IMG/VR virus record: IMGVR_UViG_3300025699_000004 | Length of the DNA: 64,000 bases | Direction: 5' to 3' (one strand) | From: a virus | Shown: one piece after another, positions 37,751 through 47,467 of the stretch | Position numbering within the stretch: position 1 is the first letter of the stretch | How the letters are laid out: the number at the start of each line of letters is the position of its first letter | Made by a program: the position numbers and the translations under genes | The notes under the pieces: model-generated | Databases searched by the model: none | What the model was told of the DNA's origin: nothing | The model's input: only the letters and a program-made list of their open reading frames with translations

Positions 37751-38412
37751 GCTACCATTAATTCTTCTAATTGATCGTAATCAAATTCACCTTTTTTTGC
37801 GGGAACTATAACTTCATATAGAAACATTCTGATTGCTTTGCATATATCAAGATACTCATCCCAATCATTCATACTTAACATATTTCCTTCACCTTGTCCA
37901 CCATACGCCATGCGATAACCTTCTTCAAGAGGAGCAGGTTTTGAATTAGGGTCTTTTACCCATTGTTGAGTTTTTGAGCAGTAATGATGACTACGAGGAT
38001 TGTGCATACTATTTATATAAGTAAGAATATTGACGCGACCTAATTGGTTTCCACAACTATCGACATTCATTTCTAATCTCGCATCAATGAAGTCAACATT
38101 AGCACCTACGTAATCCTTCTTCATATCTTTAAGTTGAACGTGAACTGCTCTATATTTGTCTTGAGCAAGATGTGTATGAGGTGTACCATTATAGGTTTTT
38201 CGAGAAAGAATTGTGCAATCTAACTTCTCGCAAGTCTTGAAGTCACGATCACATTTACTTTTATAACTAAGAATATTATCTTCGGGCATAACTTTCTTAA
38301 CTAATCTATTACTCTTGAATATGATTGATTCGGGACTCCAACGATTCCATCTAATTGGATAATGACCTATACCTTTATGCTCTACTTTTACATCTGTGAA
38401 ATAATTTTTCAT
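37747..38412 (-). CDS. Hypothetical protein
   Basis: Tiles operon. Confidence 0.75.
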   Translation of the reverse strand: MKNYFTDVKVEHKGIGHYPIRWNRWSPESIIFKSNRLVKKVMPEDNILSYKSKCDRDFKTCEKLDCTILSRKTYNGTPHTHLAQDKYRAVHVQLKDMKKDYVGANVDFIDARLEMNVDSCGNQLGRVNILTYINSMHNPRSHHYCSKTQQWVKDPNSKPAPLEEGYRMAYGGQGEGNMLSMNDWDEYLDICKAIRMFLYEVIVPAKKGEFDYDQLEELMVA

Positions 38413-38425
38413 AACTTTTCGCTTT

Positions 38426-38626
38426 TTATATTTTGTTTATTTTTGTTTTCTCTAATGAATCTGAATGTAATTCGCTTATACTATCTAACAATTCGGGGAA
38501 AGAGTCAAGCCAATTCTGAACTTTTTTGCAAGCCTCTAAAACTCTTTTATTTTCATCTGTGCTTTCTCCGATAGCAGAGACTTCTGCTTCGTCAATAATT
38601 ATTTGCAACTCTTCCGTGACTTTCAT
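38426..38626 (-). CDS. Hypothetical protein
   Basis: Tiles operon. Confidence 0.65.
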   Translation of the reverse strand: MKVTEELQIIIDEAEVSAIGESTDENKRVLEACKKVQNWLDSFPELLDSISELHSDSLEKTKINKI

Positions 38627-38630
38627 AATC

Positions 38631-38858
38631 TTATGCTATCTCCAATCTATAGTATCCATTCTCTATTTGCTCTACTTCGGTAAGACTATCAAGACCCAAA
38701 TATTGCTCATAAACTTCACGAATGTAGTCTACATTCTTACCAATGTAAAATGTGGGCTTATATTGTTCGCTAGGATCATCATGGCATTGCTTATCTATTG
38801 CAATAATCTCATCTAGCATTTTTTGTGGCTCAATATTCCAAATTTTATTTACTTTCAT
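38631..38858 (-). CDS. Hypothetical protein
   Basis: TTGACA-17-TAAGAT-6-ATG. Confidence 0.75.
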   Translation of the reverse strand: MKVNKIWNIEPQKMLDEIIAIDKQCHDDPSEQYKPTFYIGKNVDYIREVYEQYLGLDSLTEVEQIENGYYRLEIA

Positions 38859-38889
38859 AATCGTATCTTAGTCAATATATTTTTATATG

Positions 38890-39195
38890 TCAAGAATTTT
38901 TTAATTTAATTCTAGTTAAGTTATATTCCGTTTCGCTTATGTAAGAATAAGAATTCAAGAATTCATCTTTTGATAAAACATTAAAATCCGACATCTTCTC
39001 TTCATCATCGCAAAAATCACGAAGATTTTTTTGACTTTCTTCTACTTGTATTGAGTTGTTAAATGAACCAATGGGAATATGATTTAAAAAACCACGAACT
39101 ATATCGCAGGATTTTTTCACATTTTTATCTGCGATCATAGTTTTATTTAATTCTATTTCATTTAATAGAAATTCTATTGATTCTCTAAAATTCAT
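38890..39195 (-). CDS. Hypothetical protein (start moved to MNFRES)
   Basis: ATGA overlap with upstream gene; stop inside next -35. Confidence 0.65.
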   Translation of the reverse strand: MNFRESIEFLLNEIELNKTMIADKNVKKSCDIVRGFLNHIPIGSFNNSIQVEESQKNLRDFCDDEEKMSDFNVLSKDEFLNSYSYISETEYNLTRIKLKNS

Positions 39196-39410
39196 TTGCT
39201 TGCATCCCAATTTTTTAATTCTCCAAACACTTGTTCCCATTCTTCTCTTATTTCAATATCGGGAATTTCATCTAAACCTTCAAATCCCTCTATTAACATC
39301 CTCATCATCTCGCTTGTACTCATGTTCATTGCCTCTGCTTCAGCGAGATCACGTCTCATCTCGTCAATCGTAGGATTGCCTTCTCTTAATTCTCTTTCTG
39401 TTGTTCTCAT
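39192..39410 (-). CDS. Hypothetical protein
   Basis: Tiles operon. Confidence 0.7.
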   Translation of the reverse strand: MRTTERELREGNPTIDEMRRDLAEAEAMNMSTSEMMRMLIEGFEGLDEIPDIEIREEWEQVFGELKNWDASK

Positions 39411-39415
39411 ATTTA

Positions 39416-39619
39416 TTATCCTTCGTTTTGTGTTCCAACTACGAGTAACTTAACATCTTTTCCTGTGTCTGTCAAGTTAAAAACATCAAGTGCAACTTGG
39501 TAGACTTCCCCATCTTCGGGTTGAATAGCAATCCAAGAGGTATTCCCCCCATCTTTAGATTGGACTACATCCCATTCATGCTCAAGTAGTCTAGCTTTTT
39601 GATATTTTGTTAGTTTCAT
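39416..39619 (-). CDS. Hypothetical protein
   Basis: Tiles operon. Confidence 0.7.
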   Translation of the reverse strand: MKLTKYQKARLLEHEWDVVQSKDGGNTSWIAIQPEDGEVYQVALDVFNLTDTGKDVKLLVVGTQNEG

Positions 39620-39812
39620 ATAAATTATCTAATTTAATATATTGCTCATCTATTTGTGCTTCTAGCGATTTTATGTATTTATAATTATTTCCTCTTCGAG
39701 AATCTTCATAATCTAACTCAATTTCGAGATGTCTAATAGACTTCTTTATATCGTATATTTCGTTTTTAATTTCTTCTTCTTGCTTTAAACCTTCCATAGC
39801 TTTTTTATTCAT
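39591..39812 (-). CDS. Coiled-coil hypothetical protein
   Basis: Tiles operon. Confidence 0.55.
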   Translation of the reverse strand: MNKKAMEGLKQEEEIKNEIYDIKKSIRHLEIELDYEDSRRGNNYKYIKSLEAQIDEQYIKLDNLYETNKISKS

Positions 39813-40050
39813 TTAATTTATTTTTAATGTGAATTGAGTAATCCCCTTCCTTGACATATAAATCATCTTCTGTTAATCTCCATGTAATTTCTCCATTTGT
39901 AGGATCAGCATATTCGATATTAAAATCACAATCGTCAAGAGTCTTGTATGGGTCATACTCTCTAACTATTTGTTCCGCCTCGTCTCTATTTTCCGCATTA
40001 ACGTAAAAACAATTAATTATTTTTATTCCAACACAATATTCTTTTTTCAT
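39805..40050 (-). CDS. Small protein with V.A.N.DEA motif (DpnD/PcfM-like)
   Basis: FYVNAENRDEAEQIV. Confidence 0.6.
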   Translation of the reverse strand: MKKEYCVGIKIINCFYVNAENRDEAEQIVREYDPYKTLDDCDFNIEYADPTNGEITWRLTEDDLYVKEGDYSIHIKNKLNE

Positions 40051-40068
40051 TTTTTTTTAAATTTTTAA

Positions 40069-40404
40069 TTAATATGCAGATTCACTTTCTCTTTCTTTAT
40101 ATAAATCATTTTGCCATTCTTCTGCTTTATTGTCAACCATTTTTTGTTCAGTTTTATTTGAATGATTTTCTTTAAAAGAATCCATAAAAGGGCTTGAATT
40201 TTTTAAGTGACCTTGCCTATTATTATCTATCTCTTCTTGCGTGAACCATCTGTATTCTGTGTTGAATAGTTCATCTACATTGCTTGGATGATACCCCATA
40301 TTTACCATTAGTCCCTTAAACATATCCGCTAAATTTTCCGCGTCTACATCTTCATCAGTCTCAGCGCTATAAGTCTTATTATGATTAGTTATTGTTATTT
40401 TCAT
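40069..40404 (-). CDS. Hypothetical protein
   Basis: Tiles operon. Confidence 0.7.
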   Translation of the reverse strand: MKITITNHNKTYSAETDEDVDAENLADMFKGLMVNMGYHPSNVDELFNTEYRWFTQEEIDNNRQGHLKNSSPFMDSFKENHSNKTEQKMVDNKAEEWQNDLYKERESESAY

Positions 40405-40570
40405 TTTTCTTATAATAATTTTTGTCTAACAAGTCATCTAGTAAATGTATAATTCCCCAACCCATTTCTTCGTCAAGTAGTCCATGAACACCTTCACCCT
40501 TATCATCATGCCACAAAATTGATAGCAAATGATCCCTTTGTTTTTCTAGTAATTTGTAATCAATGTTCAT
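40385..40570 (-). CDS. Hypothetical protein
   Basis: Tiles operon. Confidence 0.6.
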   Translation of the reverse strand: MNIDYKLLEKQRDHLLSILWHDDKGEGVHGLLDEEMGWGIIHLLDDLLDKNYYKKNENNNN

Positions 40571-41043
40571 TTTTTTGCTATATATTTATCTAGATAATCG
40601 CCTGAAGCTTCCATGTTTTTTAAGTGACCTTCAAAAACAGGGTCATCATCTCCCATTAATTTTTGTCTATATTCTTCTGCCATATCAGAACCCCATTCAT
40701 CGACTGATTCATCAGATAAATCGCAAGCAATTTCTATATTAGTAATGTTGTGCCATGCTTCTTCAGCAAAGACACTACCATCCTTATTGCGACTTGGTCT
40801 TTTAAACCTTTTATTGCAATTCTTTTTGATATGCCTATCTATAATTTCAATATCATCTTTGACGCAAGCCAAGCGATGTTTAAGTTGAGCATTTTCTAAT
40901 AGCAATCTTTCTAAATTATCTTTAGTTATCTGCTGTTCTATTTCTTTCATGTAAGTATAATTTGGTTTATTTTTTTGTTCAGCTAAAGTCATGTTGACTG
41001 AATCTTCGTAAGTTGGGTAATCGTCTCCTATTATTTCTTTCAT
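40567..41043 (-). CDS. Hypothetical protein
   Basis: TTGACA-17-TAGACT-6-ATG. Confidence 0.75.
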   Translation of the reverse strand: MKEIIGDDYPTYEDSVNMTLAEQKNKPNYTYMKEIEQQITKDNLERLLLENAQLKHRLACVKDDIEIIDRHIKKNCNKRFKRPSRNKDGSVFAEEAWHNITNIEIACDLSDESVDEWGSDMAEEYRQKLMGDDDPVFEGHLKNMEASGDYLDKYIAKK

Positions 41044-41111
41044 GTTATTAGTCTATGTTGTTTTTATTATAATGTCAAGCATTATCGTTAATATTAAGTG
41101 TAATCATTATT

Positions 41112-41444
41112 ATGAGCAAGTATAAACCGAAATCTTTTACCAAAGAAATTTACGAAGAAATTAAAATCAAAATGGATTCTCCATTTGACGAGAAAAGAAC
41201 CCTGTGTAATGTTTTAAAATTAGCATACAAATGCTCGAAAGAAGAAAGTTTTAATTTAAAAGCAACAAGAGCTTTGATATTAGAAGCTTTATGGATGGGG
41301 CAAAGAATGTCAGATGCTTTAACAAAGAAAAGAAAAGAAAACTTTCATTTTGAATTAAGTCAGCAAGACGAAGAAGAAGACCCATTCTCTGTAGATTGGT
41401 CTAATTTAGATGGTAGGAATGTTGCTCAAGGAAATTGGGATTAA
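41112..41444 (+). CDS. Hypothetical protein, isolated + strand gene
   Basis: GTGTAA-N8-ATG motif upstream (41098-41103). Confidence 0.75.
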   Translation: MSKYKPKSFTKEIYEEIKIKMDSPFDEKRTLCNVLKLAYKCSKEESFNLKATRALILEALWMGQRMSDALTKKRKENFHFELSQQDEEEDPFSVDWSNLDGRNVAQGNWD

Positions 41445-41657
41445 TTAATCGACCAAATCAAAAGTATTTGGATTTTCCATCTCCTCTTCAATTATTTCCA
41501 TATCAACTTCAAGGGAAGCGTCTACATAATTGGGGTCTGTTGGTAATGGAACACTATTACTTTCGACTTTAGTAATTGCTTCTTCCCAAGATTCTGCTTC
41601 AACTTCTACTTGGGCATAAACTTGCCATGAACATGGTACTCTATATGTTTTTTTCAT
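41445..41657 (-). CDS. Small DpnD/PcfM-like motif protein
   Basis: VEVEAESWEEAI. Confidence 0.65.
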   Translation of the reverse strand: MKKTYRVPCSWQVYAQVEVEAESWEEAITKVESNSVPLPTDPNYVDASLEVDMEIIEEEMENPNTFDLVD

Positions 41658-41661
41658 AATT

Positions 41662-41955
41662 TTATCTCCCTTTTTGTTCTACTTCTTCTTTTGTCATATC
41701 GCCTCTGATAAATGCTCCGAAGTCATCATTATTTAAATGAGATGTATCGGGTGGAATAACACCAAATTCTCCACCTATGCCTAAAAGTTTTGCTCTGTCA
41801 TTGAGTCTCTTGTTCATCTTCTCTTTTAATTGAAACATTTCTTCTACAATGTCTTCGATGAGAGAATAACCTGCCAACTCGAAAAGACGAGTATCTAATC
41901 CACTTTCAACTTCAAACAAATTATCTATTTTATTTGCTTCTTCTATTTTATTCAT
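41662..41955 (-). CDS. Hypothetical protein
   Basis: Tiles operon. Confidence 0.7.
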   Translation of the reverse strand: MNKIEEANKIDNLFEVESGLDTRLFELAGYSLIEDIVEEMFQLKEKMNKRLNDRAKLLGIGGEFGVIPPDTSHLNNDDFGAFIRGDMTKEEVEQKGR

Positions 41956-42247
41956 TTTCTTTTAGTTTTTCTTTTACTGCTTCCTCGCAGAGTTCATTGA
42001 ATGTAATATTTTTTTCATGTGCGAACATCATATACTTTAACAAATCATCGCTACTAAAGTCAAGCTCAATTTTCTCATATTTTCGTAAATCAATTTTAAC
42101 TTTTCTGATAATAAATGCTTCGTCTTGTGGGATAAATTCTAATTCATCACCGACTTCCCATCCTAATCTTTTTAATAGATCATCGGGTAAGCGAAAATAT
42201 AATTCACCATCAAAACTTTCTTTTACTTCTAACTCTGTAACTTTCAT
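41948..42247 (-). CDS. AbrB/MazE/SpoVT-family DNA-binding protein
   Basis: GELYFRLPDDLLKRLGWEVGDELEF. Confidence 0.75.
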   Translation of the reverse strand: MKVTELEVKESFDGELYFRLPDDLLKRLGWEVGDELEFIPQDEAFIIRKVKIDLRKYEKIELDFSSDDLLKYMMFAHEKNITFNELCEEAVKEKLKENE

Positions 42248-42256
42248 ATCTTTATC

Positions 42257-42496
42257 TTATAGGTCTTGGTTTAACTTGTCAAGCTCTGAATCGCCCAACT
42301 CCATCGAATCTTCTTCTGATTCTTTTTCTTTTTCTTCCACCAAACTAACTTCAGCATTTTGTTTCCATGCTTTGCTTATCTCCCAATCTGCTTCCATTTC
42401 ATCAAAAGCCCTACTGACTGCATCATCTTTCGATTCTGAATCAATAAAGTAAGTGCGATAAGTTGTGCTTGCTATTTCTATTTCAAATGTTTTCAT
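42257..42496 (-). CDS. Small DpnD/PcfM-like motif protein (start MKTFE)
   Basis: YFIDSESKDDAV; ATGA overlap. Confidence 0.6.
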   Translation of the reverse strand: MKTFEIEIASTTYRTYFIDSESKDDAVSRAFDEMEADWEISKAWKQNAEVSLVEEKEKESEEDSMELGDSELDKLNQDL

Positions 42497-42702
42497 TTTA
42501 TTTCCTCGCAACTAAAAACTCCTCTATCTCTATGAGTGTGATCGCCATGATATTTAGTTAAGTTATGATTGTAAAAAAGTTCTTCACAACCATGTTCGTC
42601 AAGTAATTCTTCTGCAATTTCTTCTGCTTCATCTACATTCTTAGCTTCAACTACAATGTATCCACCAATTTCTTCTGTTACTGATAATCTATACTTCTTC
42701 AT
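42493..42702 (-). CDS. Small DpnD/PcfM-like motif protein
   Basis: IVVEAKNVDEAEEIA. Confidence 0.65.
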   Translation of the reverse strand: MKKYRLSVTEEIGGYIVVEAKNVDEAEEIAEELLDEHGCEELFYNHNLTKYHGDHTHRDRGVFSCEEIK

Positions 42703-42973
42703 TATTTTTAATCTCCATTATTTTTTTAGCATCCATTAAAGCATGACAGAACTCTTCAATCTTGTCAACAGGAATCTGAAAATATTTATTATGACTTCTG
42801 CCTTGACTTGTAATTGCAGTACAACCAACATGAGTGTTAAAGTGCCATGCTTTTATTTCAAGACCACTTAGACCACTCCAATCTTTTGAACTAGACCAAG
42901 AGGTTTGCTTTCTTAATTCCGCTTTGGTTCTACCCTTTGACCAAACTATTTGTGTTTCTATATTTTTTGTCAT
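42689..42973 (-). CDS. Hypothetical protein
   Basis: TTGACA-17-GAAAGT-6-ATG. Confidence 0.75.
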   Translation of the reverse strand: MTKNIETQIVWSKGRTKAELRKQTSWSSSKDWSGLSGLEIKAWHFNTHVGCTAITSQGRSHNKYFQIPVDKIEEFCHALMDAKKIMEIKNNEEV

Positions 42974-43028
42974 ACCCTTACTTTCGCATATTTTTTAGGC
43001 ATTGTCAAGGATTTTTTTTAAAATTTTT

Positions 43029-43328
43029 TTAATTTATTTGCTTCGCGCTAATTCTCTTTCTGCACTCCACATTTGATTTGTACATTTCTTTTTGGCGTTT
43101 TAATTCCGTAACATCTTGTTGTAGTAAATTAATTGCCTTATTTTCTGTCATCTTGCCATTAAGAACTTCTCTTACAAAGAGTGATATGTTGTAAGTTGTA
43201 AGACGATAAGGATGAGTTCTACAAATAAATTTATAAAACTTACCACTTATTTTGCCATATTTTAGTTTTCTGTACAAGAATTTTCTATAATTGCAATTTT
43301 TAGTGTTATGTAATGTTTTCATTATCAT
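43029..43328 (-). CDS. Basic hypothetical protein
   Basis: Tiles operon. Confidence 0.55.
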   Translation of the reverse strand: MIMKTLHNTKNCNYRKFLYRKLKYGKISGKFYKFICRTHPYRLTTYNISLFVREVLNGKMTENKAINLLQQDVTELKRQKEMYKSNVECRKRISAKQIN

Positions 43329-43696
43329 TCTTCATACATATAGATAGGAGTGTATTCTCCTAAATAAGCACATTCAATATTAAAATTAAAATACTCTATT
43401 GATTCATCAGGAGTCATACCATCTCTTTCAACAAGAGTTTCCACAATCTGATTAACAGAATAAATAACTCTACCATCACTAGAGTATCCCATGATTGCAT
43501 CGTCATGCCCATCGGCAAATAATGCTTTAGGATTGTGTTCTCCAATAGTTTCTTTTAAGTCTGCCAAGCGGTTGGCTCGATTTCCTCTTATTTCTTTTAT
43601 AATATCTTTTTCTTTATTCATATCTTCTAACGTAATCGCTCTTAAATTTTTTAATTCTTCTAGTAGTGGTAATCCTTTTGAATTTAAACAGATCAT
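43325..43696 (-). CDS. Conserved-looking phage hypothetical protein (true start may be 43621)
   Basis: ADGHDDAIMG...EA/SIEYFNFNI..AYLG..TPI; annotated ATG overlaps a -10 box. Confidence 0.7.
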   Translation of the reverse strand: MICLNSKGLPLLEELKNLRAITLEDMNKEKDIIKEIRGNRANRLADLKETIGEHNPKALFADGHDDAIMGYSSDGRVIYSVNQIVETLVERDGMTPDESIEYFNFNIECAYLGEYTPIYMYEE

Positions 43697-43716
43697 AACA
43701 AGTTTATTTTATTTTG

Positions 43717-43983
43717 TCAAGAGATTTCTATCGCTTGTTCTTTTTGTATTGCTTTGTATATTTTATATAATAAATCTTTTTGTGCATTGTATTTTATAAA
43801 GTCTGATTCATGCGATACCATTTGCGGATATTCCATTTCTTTATCAACCCTTCTAACTGCACGCAATGCCATTTCAAATCCATAGCATATTCCTCTTGAA
43901 TTCTCATTTCTGAATACTTTTGATTCTTCAGCTAAATCATCATATTCTTTATTTGTCATAGTTATATATTTTTCATTTTTCAT
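43717..43983 (-). CDS. Hypothetical protein
   Basis: Stop inside next -35. Confidence 0.7.
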   Translation of the reverse strand: MKNEKYITMTNKEYDDLAEESKVFRNENSRGICYGFEMALRAVRRVDKEMEYPQMVSHESDFIKYNAQKDLLYKIYKAIQKEQAIEIS

Positions 43984-44233
43984 ATTTATTTAATGTCCCG
44001 CTTTTTATATGCAACTCACTCTCGACTTCCTTGGCAACTTTATCTCCAATTGATATTTCGTGATCTTTTGATAGAGAATCTAATAATTGAACTAAACTTC
44101 TTCCTGTCTTAGTTCTATATTCTTGCCCACTTAAAAATAAATTCTCAGTATTCATAAGCATGAGGTCATCTATTTTAACAATGACATGGTTGAACGCATC
44201 TGCGCTCCCTCGTAATCCTAATTGTATTTTCAT
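43973..44233 (-). CDS. Hypothetical protein
   Basis: Tiles operon. Confidence 0.6.
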   Translation of the reverse strand: MKIQLGLRGSADAFNHVIVKIDDLMLMNTENLFLSGQEYRTKTGRSLVQLLDSLSKDHEISIGDKVAKEVESELHIKSGTLNKYEK

Positions 44234-44236
44234 TAT

Positions 44237-44446
44237 TTATTTATCGTGTAATTTTCTTTTCTTAACTATTTTTTCCATCGGTGGGAATCTTCCGTAATTA
44301 CCCATGCCATCATAATCTGCATCGTCTCCAATGCGAAGTGACGTATCTTTATTTAATTCAATTAATTCATCTATTTGTGCAACAGATAATTTAGGAGTTC
44401 TTTCTTTGCGAAGCAAGCGAGTTAATCTTTTTATAAAATTTATCAT
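44237..44446 (-). CDS. Hypothetical protein
   Basis: TTGACA-17-TAATCT-6-ATG. Confidence 0.7.
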   Translation of the reverse strand: MINFIKRLTRLLRKERTPKLSVAQIDELIELNKDTSLRIGDDADYDGMGNYGRFPPMEKIVKKRKLHDK

Positions 44447-44487
44447 TTTTATAGATTAACAAAAAAAGCCCTTTTTGTCAAGAAGAA

Positions 44488-44727
44488 TTAAAATTTAGAC
44501 TCAACTTTGTTGAATAACCATTGAAGCAATTCTTTTAAACTTTGATCGTATCTTGTTATGTTACCCCTCTCCTTCCAAAAGATTAGCTCCGAAAGACAAA
44601 AACTAATTTTATTCAAAAGTTCAACTTGATCTTCTTTACTTGGATAATATTCGATAAATTGGTCAGATAATTCCTTTATGAGCGAGACTATTTGGTCTTC
44701 GTCCCTCGATTCATTTAAGAAAAACAT
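44488..44727 (-). CDS. Hypothetical protein
   Basis: ORF track. Confidence 0.55.
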   Translation of the reverse strand: MFFLNESRDEDQIVSLIKELSDQFIEYYPSKEDQVELLNKISFCLSELIFWKERGNITRYDQSLKELLQWLFNKVESKF

Positions 44728-44777
44728 CTAAAACAAAAATAACAAATAAGAAAACGCAAAAGGAAATGCAAAAATAC

Positions 44778-45035
44778 TCAATCAGCATTGTTGTAAGGTT
44801 CTACATCTCCATTTAAGAGTATCTTTTTGTCTTCATAAGGCGAGACAAGCCTTCTATATAGTTCCATTTTGGCGCAATCCATAGCCCCCACTATGTCATT
44901 ATATGTTTGATAACTGACTCCATTCTGCTCGATATATTTATCCATGAGTTGATGGATTAAAAAATTAAAAGAACCCGCGTCTTTTATTTCTCCTTCTAGT
45001 GATTTTTCTTTTTGTGATCTGGGTATATATGGCAT
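44778..45035 (-). CDS. Conserved phage protein (DUF6899-like)
   Basis: MPYI...G.FNF.I...Y.TYNDIVGA.DCAK.E.YRR.V.PYED.K...NGDV. Confidence 0.75.
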   Translation of the reverse strand: MPYIPRSQKEKSLEGEIKDAGSFNFLIHQLMDKYIEQNGVSYQTYNDIVGAMDCAKMELYRRLVSPYEDKKILLNGDVEPYNNAD

Positions 45036-45165
45036 ATATCTTACCCCTTACTCTCTGTATATTTTTTGATTATAGCGTTTGCTATATCCTCTCTCGCAGA
45101 TTGAGATTGTAAATTAATTTGAAGTTCGCTTAACTCCCCTAAAACACTTAATATTATTTCTTTCA

Positions 45166-45477
45166 TTATTTAGTTTGTTCGTGATCTAGTGGGTTTATAT
45201 GATATTGTACAGAACCTTCCGAGTCTCTTACTATACCATTTTCTTTGTCACTTTTTTTTTGAATTTCTTTACCAAGGTAACTCTCAGTAACTTTCAACCT
45301 GTCTTCTCCGTCACAAAGTAAAGATAATGCTTCTTCGGCATTTTTATAAAAATCTTCGGTAGAATGATCTCCGATTCCTATCGCTTTTTCGCTCAATAAA
45401 TAAAGCGACATTTTAGCTTTCTCTATATCTGCTTGGGCTGATGATTTCAACATATTGTATAATTTTTCTAAACTCAC
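45166..45477 (-). CDS. Hypothetical protein
   Basis: GTGTAT-N8-GTG motif upstream. Confidence 0.75.
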   Translation of the reverse strand: MSLEKLYNMLKSSAQADIEKAKMSLYLLSEKAIGIGDHSTEDFYKNAEEALSLLCDGEDRLKVTESYLGKEIQKKSDKENGIVRDSEGSVQYHINPLDHEQTK

Positions 45478-45679
45478 AATGTATTATACACATTTTTTAA
45501 AAAAATTAAATTTTATCTTTGTTTTTTGAGTCCCAAACCTCGCCTTCTTCATCTAGATCAGAACTAAGCACCATAACTTTTTTATACAAAGGATAAAGGA
45601 AACAAAAGGCATCCCAATAAAGCAAGACGCTAACAAAGTCTCCGATATAATACAAGAGTTTACTTAAAAAAATTTTCAT

Positions 45680-45961
45680 TTATTCCAAATCACTCATGAA
45701 TTTATTGAAATCAATTTCGTGGGAATCTTCTTTTTCGTCTTCGGATATAGGAGCGAATTTTATCCCCCCAATCTCTAACACATCCTCTTTTGATTTAATA
45801 GCATCAGATAACATCATTTCCAAATATTTAATTAAATTATCGACACTATCGGATGATAGCTCTGCTTTTTCAGTATGTGCGCAAATTTCCTTTGCATCAT
45901 TATATATTACCTCATATAATCCATAAGAATTTTTATCTTTGATTATTCTATAATTCCACAT
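45680..45961 (-). CDS. Conserved-looking phage hypothetical protein
   Basis: MWNYRII...YGLYEV.Y. Confidence 0.75.
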   Translation of the reverse strand: MWNYRIIKDKNSYGLYEVIYNDAKEICAHTEKAELSSDSVDNLIKYLEMMLSDAIKSKEDVLEIGGIKFAPISEDEKEDSHEIDFNKFMSDLE

Positions 45962-45968
45962 TTTATAT

Positions 45969-46157
45969 TTATTTCTTCATTGAGTATATTATGGACTGAA
46001 CCCCTTCGGCATTTTTAGTATGAAGTTGCTCCCCGTTTGTAAAAAGTATTTTCCACCAACGCTCTTTTTTTACGGGATCAGTTCTCTCTTTTACATAAAC
46101 AACATTGCTTGGGTTTATGTAATACCTTTCATTATTTGAGTCTTCTACTTGAATCAT
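45969..46157 (-). CDS. Hypothetical protein
   Basis: Tiles operon. Confidence 0.65.
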   Translation of the reverse strand: MIQVEDSNNERYYINPSNVVYVKERTDPVKKERWWKILFTNGEQLHTKNAEGVQSIIYSMKK

Positions 46158-46268
46158 TTTTTTTCCAAACTATTTTGTCGTAATTCTCTTTAAATTTATC
46201 AGATACATTACGGGGAGAATCACCCTTTCCGTTTTTATTTATTTTTTCTTTCTTTTTTTTTGCCCTTT

Positions 46269-46508
46269 TCATTCTTGAAAATCTTCTTCAAAGACGAAGC
46301 CTTTTTTGTTTAACAAATCGTTGTCCTCGCAAGAAGCCTCGACAAACCATTGTCCCTCATCTCCATCTTTATTATCTTTTGATAATAATATGAATTTAGG
46401 TTCAGAGATAGGCATTATTTGAATCGTATCCTTGCTATCAATAGGTCTAAACGATACTAAAATATTCTCTTCGTATAACTTGGGCGATATTTTTAATTCA
46501 TTAGTCAT
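46269..46508 (-). CDS. Hypothetical protein
   Basis: TTGATT-16-TATAAT-5-ATG. Confidence 0.65.
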   Translation of the reverse strand: MTNELKISPKLYEENILVSFRPIDSKDTIQIMPISEPKFILLSKDNKDGDEGQWFVEASCEDNDLLNKKGFVFEEDFQE

Positions 46509-46537
46509 CTATTATTATAAATTTTTTTAAAAAAAAA

Positions 46538-47011
46538 TCAATATATATAAAACGCTCCTTCTCTTAAAAAAGCTATAAATTCTTTAAGGTAGTCTTTGTT
46601 TGCCTTTCCCGAAAAACGAACAACAAGACTAGCTTTTTCTTGATTCCAAATTTTAGCCCTTTCCTTGAAGAACTCATCGTCAATAGGTATGCTTTCTCTT
46701 TTTTCCAACTTCTCATCGGGTATATCGTCCAAAGAAGACTCCAAGGCATTACTGAATGCTTTTGCATCATCAGCTAAAACCTTTTGACCGCTATTGCCAA
46801 AATATTCTCCACCATAATTTTCTATATAGTCTTCGTAATCTTGATAAGATTCAAATCTATCTTTGTCTATTTGAGTTCCTTTGGGTTGCCAATCGTATGC
46901 TAAAGCTAAATTAATAACTTCTGCCCAACCCCATATATTCCATCTGAAACCCTTGCCTTCTTCGTTTGCTAAATCGTAACCCATATCTATAATCTTTCTA
47001 TCTAGTTCCAA
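46538..47011 (-). CDS. Hypothetical protein
   Basis: Stop inside next -35. Confidence 0.75.
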   Translation of the reverse strand: MELDRKIIDMGYDLANEEGKGFRWNIWGWAEVINLALAYDWQPKGTQIDKDRFESYQDYEDYIENYGGEYFGNSGQKVLADDAKAFSNALESSLDDIPDEKLEKRESIPIDDEFFKERAKIWNQEKASLVVRFSGKANKDYLKEFIAFLREGAFYIY

Positions 47012-47280
47012 TCAAAATCTACTGACATAGCAAAAGCTAATCTATCTTTCCAAGGATTACCATATTTATCAACTTGACTAGGGTCGGTGATTTTTACTAT
47101 AATATTTGCCCCCCAAGGATTTAATTCTTCTCCATCGGTGGAGTAATCACAATCAATATTCAATGTAGGACTATCTTCTACATGAGTATCTTCTTTGTAA
47201 TCAAGAAACCAAACAGGTACAGACACACTCTCTTCGATTAAATCTTCTCTAATTGTTAAATGACTATCTTTCGCGCTCAT
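47002..47280 (-). CDS. Hypothetical protein
   Basis: Tiles operon. Confidence 0.7.
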   Translation of the reverse strand: MSAKDSHLTIREDLIEESVSVPVWFLDYKEDTHVEDSPTLNIDCDYSTDGEELNPWGANIIVKITDPSQVDKYGNPWKDRLAFAMSVDFDWN

Positions 47281-47281
47281 A

Positions 47282-47467
47282 TTATTTTTTATTTGTATTG
47301 TTTAAACTTAAACCTAGTTCTTCTCTGATATATCTTTTCTTTTCGCCATTTAAAAGCAATTGTTTATTTAATTTAAATGCTTCTGTCTTCGTCATTAGAA
47401 TTGGTCTTTGTGGTAAAATTGGGCTTGCTTTATTCCAATCAACTGCAATGTAAGATATAAAGCTCAT
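47282..47467 (-). CDS. Hypothetical protein
   Basis: Tiles operon. Confidence 0.6.
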   Translation of the reverse strand: MSFISYIAVDWNKASPILPQRPILMTKTEAFKLNKQLLLNGEKKRYIREELGLSLNNTNKK

